Assembly (NCBI RefSeq): GCF_009914755.1
Contig: NC_060928.1
DNA: 64,000 bases
Origin: the human T2T-CHM13v2.0 reference genome, Homo sapiens
Reading direction: 5' to 3' (one strand)
Part shown: piece by piece, positions 55,436-64,000 of the stretch
Layout of the letters: each line of letters opens with the position of its first letter
Numbering within the stretch: position 1 is the stretch's first letter
Notes under the pieces: generated by a model
The model's database searches: none
Told to the model about the DNA's origin: nothing
What the model saw: only the letters and a program-made list of their open reading frames with translations
Translations under genes and position numbers: made by a program

Positions 55436-57019
55436 GAATGACCCAGTTAAGAAATAATTGATACAGGAGAAGATCAAACTATCTTAATTTAAAAACTGTC
55501 CCTATTTAATAGGAGAGTGCTGGTGTATAGTCAGGGGCTTAATCCACCCTGGCCCAGGTCCTGTCTTTCTCTGTTTCTTTCTGGATTTTGGTGTTATTTT
55601 CTCCTCCTGTGTTTCCTAGAGGCTAGTTCTGTGGCTGGTGGCAGTTGCAGGCTTATGTTTTCCTAGGATCATGGCCAAAGAGAACTAGGAGTCTTGCCTG
55701 CCTGTTCTAGTTAGAGAAATGCCAGAAAGTAACTGGCTTAGGTCTTGTGGCCAAATCTAGATCTGCTGCTGTGACCTCCAGAATGGGGTCCTGTGATTAC
55801 TTCTTTCCCCATCTGCCTACTCCGGGTGATTTGGAGTCTTGTCTCCAAAGAAGGAAGAGAGAGAAGGAGTAACCTAGCAGCCAGCCAGCCATTACAGATT
55901 AATGACCAAGAATCACTAGACTTTGAGAAGAGCAGGTAGAAGAAAACCTTGAAAGGATGCAGGGTTGGGTGGGTGGTGTCTGGCAGCATGGGTCATGTGA
56001 TATAAAATATAGCTACTCTTTCAGAACATCTCTAAGTTCCTGAAACTTGCAGTTCAAAACTTTTGGACCATAAATGGATTTTCTGAAAGGCCTCTTTTGG
56101 TCCCACTCTGAATTTTACGGTAATTGAGTGTATCACTTCCTAAATAGAGACATTTTATTAAATCCCATTTTGGTATTTTAATGAAATGAGCTAATATAAC
56201 TCTCACCACTGAAAACTTCCAAAATCTTCCTGGCTATTACAGATTTTTACTATTGCCTGGTACTTTTTACTTTGAAACCCTAGGTGAGTTTACCTAGAAT
56301 CTCCAAACATGTCTGTATTGTTAAAGATGAAACATAGGTATTTTTAAAAGCATCAATGGAGGAGGAGAAAAGTGAATTTGAGGCAGCAAAAAGTAGGCGC
56401 TGTCTGTGCTGAGTTAGTTTGAAAATCTTGAGAAAGAGATGCTTTCTGAATACTGGTAAATTTGAGTAGATGGTTCTTCATGAGCTAACCACTCTCAAAA
56501 GAGAAATAGTAATTGTCACACTTCAGTAATATCTAAGAATACCAACTACTGTTACACTTTGTACTGAAGCTTAAGAACGTGGAAGGTTTTTGCAGTGCCA
56601 TGTCTTCATACTGTACTAGAGCTCTTGTCGTTTGGGTTACTGGTGAATTTTTGCCAAATGAAGCCTTCTGAAGAGGAAAAGGAACAACTATAAAATTTAG
56701 AGGGTATATTTAAGTGAGAATATTTAAATATACTCATTTAAAGCAAATATAATTAAAACATATAAAGGCATCCAGATAATTATCTAGGAGAGCATGCCTT
56801 TATGGAATTACAAAGAGTTTTATTAAATTTTAAGTAGTTATTGGTAATAATTTGGTGTTATCAAATATAGGAAAAGCAGTACTTTTATATGACTTCACCT
56901 GCTATGAGAAATGGTAGTTTTATAGTTTATTGTGCTGTCTTCATTTTCTATATTTGTTAATGAAAGATTTGGTAGTATGTTTTTGAAAATTCATTTGATG
57001 TTATTATGAACATTTTCTA

Positions 57020-57162
57020 TTTTTCTTTTTTATTTTCTTTTTATAGAGATGGGGGTCTCACTGTGTTGACTAGACTGTTCTCGAACTACTGGCCTCAAGC
57101 GATCCTCCCATCTTGGCCTCCCAAAGTGCCAGGATTACAGGCGTGAGCCACTGGGCCCAGCC
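57020..57162 (-). mobile_element. FLAM_C / Alu left monomer
   Basis: T-rich tail, agagatgggggtctcactgtgttg...ggcctcaagcgatcctcccatcttggcctcccaaagtg...gagccactg. Confidence 0.88.
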
Positions 57163-58194
57163 CCACTTTTCTTTAAATTAATAGAATGCAAGGATCATAA
57201 TTATCTAAAATGGCAAATGGGTTCAGTGTTTAGTGTAGACTAAAGGCATGTATAAATTACAAATAGGTCTTATATTTGTCTTATAGAATATAAGAATTTG
57301 CTTATTTTGAAAGTAAATTGTTTAGGCAGGATTTAGAGATCATTTATAGTTTGTCAACACTTCCGTTAAAACAAATAATCATTACTTCCTAGATAATAAA
57401 GATTTTGTTTGCATATCACATCAAGTATAAGAAAGGGCAATTTATAATTTAAAAAGGACTCTGAATTTAATTATTTGTTAATAACTTGTTGGTTTGTCTC
57501 CAACACTGTTAGACCAGAGTAAGTAGAATACTTTCTTCCTCATTGGCATAACTAGGAGCCTGGAAAAAAAAAAAAGGAAAAAGTTAAAACCAGTTCGTGC
57601 CTCTGGATCTGGGAAATCAATCAGTTGCCAGAGAACAAAGAATTACCAAGGAATATAAATGGGAATTATTGAATAGGCAATTAGAAAAAGAAAAATAATC
57701 TGAAACAGGTTGAGGGAAGATTGTTGTAAATTCTAGCCCATAAAAGTTGAGAAATGGAAAAGTTTAAGTGTTTTAGGAATTTAAACTAATGTAATCACTG
57801 TGTTTCTAAAAAGACTGCTAAAATTTCAGATTATTTCCAAATGCAAACAGAGTCAAGAAAGGAATCAGTTTTCCTTTAAAGGCTAGTTTTCAAAAGGTAT
57901 CATAAGTATTTTTATAGTGCTTTATTAATTTTTTTGCTAGATAAACATCTTAAATCCATATTAGAAGCTTTTTCAATATTGTGGGTTGACGAGATTACAT
58001 ATTAGAAGCTTTACTTCTAATATTGTGGATAAGGAGCCCTTCCTTACTTTCTGGCACGAAAAGATGTTTGAACTAAATGAATATCCAGCAACAAGTAAAC
58101 TTAGGGATTCTGAGGCTTCTTAAATACTAATACCTACAGAAACCCCAAGGTACAGCTATTCTTTCCCAGATAGACAAAATCCAAAAGTGAGTAA

Positions 58195-58435
58195 GAATGC
58201 AGAGCTTGACTGCCTGTATTCAAGTCTCTACATAACACTTACTAGATTTGTGACATCGGACAGGACAAATAACTTGATCTCTCTGTCCCTAACTTTCCCT
58301 ATTTGTGAAATCTCGCTAATAAGTACCCACCCCCCACCTTAGAGGGTTGTGCTGAGGATTAAATGAGTCAACAAGTATATAGAGTTTAGAACAGTATTTG
58401 ATAGCTAATAAAGCCTAATGTTTGCTGTTATTAAT
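58195..58435 (+). mobile_element. MIR SINE
   Basis: gactgcctgtattcaagtc...cacttactagatttgtgac...gggttgtgctgaggattaaatgag. Confidence 0.7.
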
Positions 58436-58544
58436 ATTGTTAAAAGGCTACCATACTTTCTTGGAGAAAATCACAAGCTACAAAGTAATGGAGAAGCTCG
58501 CAATTAGTAGAATTCTCTACCTGCATAATTGAAGAAGAACTGAA

Positions 58545-60200
58545 AGATTTCTTTTTTAAATTTTAATTTCTTAATTGAAAGTGATTTCAAATTTAGAGAA
58601 AAGTTGCAGGACCAGAGCAAATAACTCCCATATACACTGTGTCTAGATACCCTCCGCTCCCCTTCCAGTGCCACCATTTGCCCTAATAATGGCCTTTTAT
58701 AGCCAAAGGATGCAGGGTGATGCATTGTACCCGGTTGTCCTATCTCTCTAGTTGTCTTCAGTATGGAAAAATTCCATAATACTGCCTGGACTTTTACGAC
58801 GTTGGCCAGTAATCTTCAAAAACATCACTTTTGTAGTAAATAACTAAATTAGGATTTGTTTGATATTTTTACATTGTTAGACCCAGGTTATGCATTTTGG
58901 GCTGGACTATCACAGGAGTGATTCTTTTTATTATATCATTTTGGGTGGCACTTGGTATCATTTGCCTTATTACAAATGGTGTTATCTTTGTCATTTGATG
59001 AATATAGTGTCTGCTGTGTTTCCATAACTATAAAGGTATTTACCCCACACCGAACAAATGTGTAATTCTTTTTTTTTTTTTGGTGGAGAGATACTTGAAG
59101 ACTATTTAAAATCACATTCCTCATTTCACTTTTTAGTTCTAGCATCTATAAATTTTTTTTGCCTGACTTAATTATTGCTCACATGGTTGCTAAATGGTAA
59201 CTTTTTGAATTCCATCATTCCTTCTACTTACTAGTTGGCGTTCTACTATAAGGAAGAGAATTAAACAGAGTGTATATCAACATCTTGTCCGTGAAGATGC
59301 TGGGAGATAACAAAGACATATTTTGAAACTAGGAATTTGAGAAAGACTGATTCTCAAAAACTTATGAATGCTTTGAAGATTGATCTTCTGCATTTATTCA
59401 TTTATATCCTATTTTATTCAGTCAGTTTTGAGTTTGTTACTATTATGATTTTGATGCTCAAATTGTCCCAAATTTAGTTAATGGGAGGCCTTTCTAACTG
59501 GCTTCTATATCTTTTTATATCCTTTCTAACTGGCTTCTATATTCTTTAAAATATCCTTTTCTAACTGGCTTCTATATCCTTCTGTATCCTCTTTTAAGGA
59601 TTAAGGATATTCTTTATTCTTTTATATATCCTTCTATATCCATCATTTTTTGAGCTCTTCCCTACTTATTGGCACAAAAAGTATCCAGGCTCATTGTGTT
59701 ATGTCTTAACCTCAATCCTGGAAACAGCCATTTCTCCAAGGAACCCTGGTTATTTTTAGCTGAATTGCTGTTTAGAAACCAAGATTTGGGCACTAGGTAT
59801 GTTCATTGCTACTGAGATATTGTTGTTCCCAGACCTCAGTGGACAGAGTTAAGAAACATGCACACCTTATATTTCTTTTTTTTTATACTGAAAATCATGA
59901 ATTCACACTGATACCTGATAAACTCCAATTTCAGTCCAACACTTTGGGTTAATTCTAGCTTAACTCCTTTTTCTATTTGTACTTCACTGACAGTGAAAAC
60001 TTGACTCTGTTATCTTAATATGTTTACGTAGTTGCTCAGTCCCTCTGTAGGTAGCCAGGGTCCTGACCCCACGGGCTGCTACCTCTTTCAGGGGCCTGCC
60101 TTATGTGGGCCTCGGCCTTCACAAGGCTGCCACCCTGTTGTCCGCATTATAGAGATACTAGCTGCTGTTAACCTGTCTCATCCCCATGTGGGACCAGATT
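58545..60200 (-). mobile_element. Old L1MC/L1ME-type fragment
   Basis: ttcaaatttagagaaaagttgcag; ttttgatgctcaaattgtccca; cagccatttctccaaggaaccctgg; tagaaaccaagatttgggcactagg. Confidence 0.65.
59489..59577. repeat. Three copies of cctttctaactggcttctatat (period about 32-34 bp)
   Basis: Copies at 59489-59510, 59521-59542, 59555-59577. Confidence 0.9.
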
Positions 60201-61323
60201 ACTTCTGGGTAATTGAAAGACACTGAAATGAATATGAAAATTGAAAAAAAACTTGGGAGAAAAATCGGAATGCACACTATCCAGTAACTTGGTGGAAATG
60301 AATCAGTCTTTTTGAGTTTGATGACTGAAGCACTTTATTCACATTTTGCCTTTCTCATATGATTCTCTGGCTGTTGACAAAGGTCCCCTATGAATGGGGA
60401 GCCTATTTAGTAATTTAATCCTTTAACCATTGTGTCAGTACTACAATTAAACAAACTTTTCCTAAAAGTTATTTTTGCCACTAATAATATTAGTTAAACC
60501 ACTGCTATGTATACCAGCTGAAGGCCAAGTTGGAAAATGTTATATACCAGGTAAATGTAGCTTAATAATATTTGTGAATTATTAGATTTTTAAATGCTAA
60601 ATGCACTAAGAAAAATCATATATAATTGAAGATCAAACAAATTTCTGAGTACAGTTGCCTTGAAAATATTTCTACCATTGGAATTGGCTAATTTTTCTAT
60701 TATTGAAGAAATCAAGGTTTACAAGTTCTGAATGTATTGTGTCTTCTTACCTGGAAGTTGTTTGGCAACTAGAGTGAAAACTCAATTTTTAGCTGGCCTT
60801 TGATATAATAAAGAAGGTATTTATTAACTAGGCTTTTGTATTCATTTTTTGTTGAACTCCCTCTAAAAGTTAATGCATTTCTTACATCATGCTTTCTGGT
60901 AGTCTTGGTAATAACTCCTTGATTCTGATGTTTTATTTATTTAATCCAGTGCCCAAAGTAATTACTGTGCAGTCAGTAAATATTTGCTGCATGAAGGAAT
61001 TCCAAGTTGCCTACAGAAAATCTTTTGAAGAAACTTTCAAATTCTAAGAGAAAAAAGTGTTAATAGCAGAAAATTAAAGCAAACAGTTGTAAAGCTATAA
61101 TTGAAAAGCTATAATTGAAATGTTTCTTTATTGTTATACTTTGGAAAATAGCACCCTCTTCATTTTATGAAGCTTAGTCACACTTTTGAAAGTTTGTTGT
61201 TTTATCTAGAAATGGTTCTAAAAAGAATCAATGAAAGTGACATTTTCCTTGGCAGTCTTGGTTAACAGAATCATTTTGTCATCCATTCACTCGTCCAATA
61301 AATACTAATTGAGTTCCAACTAA

Positions 61324-61765
<442 letters not shown>

Positions 61766-63124
61766 TTCAATTTCTAATTTTAAGATATATCTTTGTTATT
61801 TCTCACCATCTTCATGGAACTAGGTATTGATAGTACACTTAGTTTCATTGATAATAAGATTGGAGTTTCTAATAGGAAAGGTAATAAAGCCTTCCCTCAG
61901 TGTCCCCTGTACCACTGTTGGGAACAAAACACCTTGGTAATTTTTAAGTTCTGAATGTTCAAACATTTGCCAGCATTTACCTAGTGTCTCTAAAAATTAC
62001 ATGTAATTCTTGCATAATTAAAGAGAAGGAGCTCATGAGCAAAAGTGTATATTTCTCTTTGGTACAATTACTAATATCCGAACTCAAGTTCAGGGTGTTG
62101 CTTTAGGTATCCAAATATAGCATGTTGCAGGAATTTACTCCATGTTACAAAGACATGCCCTGCTGACCACTGTGCAAATGAGGAGCTCACATTCTGGCAC
62201 TGTTCTAAACATAAGCCTGTCTTGACTGTGCTGAGCAGCTGAGCATCTAAAGTCTCGTTCAGAAGTGACCCCAGGAAGTCTATAAAATCAACTGAGTTAG
62301 GATGAAATGTGAAAGGCCCGAAACTTACTCAACTTTTAGATTTGAAAAGTTATTATTTTCTTTCTTTTATATTAGTTTAAAAATTCTTATTTTTAAATCC
62401 CTGCAATACTGAACCTTAGGTTAATTCAGTTTTCCTGTGATAAATTATGTGTATCAGTGTAAAGAGAAACTGAGATTTTTTGTAACTTGTAACACTCAAT
62501 TGAAATTGGATTTAAAAGTAGTCAATACTGGTGTACACCTGTGTTGTTTTAGAATATGGTATTTTATATAAACATTCCAATAACACAAATATTTTTCAAA
62601 CTGCTAATAAGTTTTTAGCTTCTATCAACATTTCATATAGCCAACTTTAAATATATTTACTTTTATTAATAATGTTTAGTCTTTCTTCTTCCTGACCCCC
62701 TTGCCAAACCTTTTGGTAGATATAAAGATGTTTTCATGCTTTAAGAGAAGGCAGTATATGTTTGTAACACATACTGTTTGTAACAGTCTGTACTGTTTTT
62801 AACTCTACTCTCCTGTCTCAGGATATCAGAAGTTGATTTCCCTAAAATGCATTAATTTTCCCAAAGAAACTTTTATGCCAGTTGCTTTTAATTAAAAAAA
62901 TTATTAACAAGCCAGTTGCTTTCTTAACATTAAGAATGACATTACTAATGTTTTTAAAATCATAAATTTAGGACATAGCAGTTTTAAAAAAGTAGTATGA
63001 AAGCTATTAAAAAATGAAAAGCAGAATACATGTAATGTGTATGCTTGTTATATCCAAGGTCTGCCACAGCTGATGGTGAATTCGGCTGTATCTTGAGGTT
63101 TGAGGTTTCCTCAGAACGCAGGAG

Positions 63125-63380
63125 ATGGTTAAGAGTTGGCCTTTGAACTCAGTGGGCGTAGTTCTAAATCCTGTTTCCACTACTTACTTGGTCTGTGAAT
63201 TTGAGCAAGTGGCTTAAACTCTGAGCTTCAGCTTCCTAATCTATAAACCAAGGATTATAATATTACATCTGATACCTACTTCATAGGGTTTTTGAGTTTT
63301 ATGAGAGGATTCATGTAAAGCATGTAGCAGAGTTTCTGGAAATTGCCAAGTGCTCACAAAATGTTTGGTACTACTATTAT
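63125..63380 (+). mobile_element. MIR SINE
   Basis: tggttaagag...ccactacttactt...ttgagcaagtggcttaaactctgagcttcagcttcctaatctataaa...atacctacttcataggg. Confidence 0.8.
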
Positions 63381-64000
63381 TAACATGTCTCTACATACAC
63401 AAAAATGCTTTATTATTAGAAGTTAGGTTTTCCCCCACAGTATTTAGGTGATTTCACAGATCATCTTTAAGATATTTTGGATAGTATATACTTATATTAA
63501 ATATAACAAATGAAAAGTTATATGGTAGTACTTCACTAGGCTGTTTTGTATTTTTAGGCTTGTAACTTAATACAGGCATATGGCTAAGTGCTTTGGGTGC
63601 ATTGGTTTTGTAAGATTGCCTTTTACACATGAAAGGAACAAGTAAATACATATATTTTAATCTTTTAAAGTTTATCTTTTATACTGATTTGTTTATATCA
63701 GGTTTGCTTAAAGCAAGGCACACAAATTCTCTTCCGATACCACTGTCGACCACACAACTTTAAATTGCTACCTCCACTATGTTATTTATAAGCCTCTTTG
63801 GTTCTGTTCTGGAGCCAAGGATTCACCAGTGCTGCTTTAAAGTGAGATATCAGGCAGACAGTATTATTTATCTTTCACACAATTATGGGATAGCAAATTG
63901 ATAATTAAAAACAAAACAAAACAAGTTCTTTTATTTAAGGAAGACTAAAAGTCAGTTATACATTCAGCTAATACTTAAATGGCAACTTGGTGTGTTTTCT

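Noticed and set aside
60020-60200. GC-richer patch as a second retrocopy
   Set aside because: Continuous with the old L1MC/ME relic; no A tail or TSD.

Overview
Human genomic DNA, AT-rich and repeat-dense, lying entirely inside the STIM2 gene on the + strand. One coding exon is recognisable at 34740-34854 (115 nt, [40 protein letters not shown]-hand/SAM-proximal region, exon 3 by analogy with STIM1/2 structure); the rest is intron. The long ORFs are LINE-1 ORF1/ORF2 remnants. A young, sense-oriented L1HS Ta-0 element (78-4896) is 5'-truncated, carries a clean 700-nt ORF1 deletion and two ORF2 lesions, and has a compound tail that looks like a 3' transduction. An older full-length antisense L1PA6/7 (about 47352-53480) keeps an ORF0-like ATG and an antisense-promoter region pointing down STIM2. 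Alu/FLAM, MIR, L2, MaLR LTR and MER DNA-transposon relics fill the introns. I found no clearly new biological system. The best leads are the L1HS anatomy, a possible L1-antisense-driven truncated STIM2 transcript, two candidate cryptic exons, an unidentified GC-rich retrocopy-like insert and an ancient twin-primed L1 inversion. Repeat family names come from recalled consensus sequences, not from a database search.
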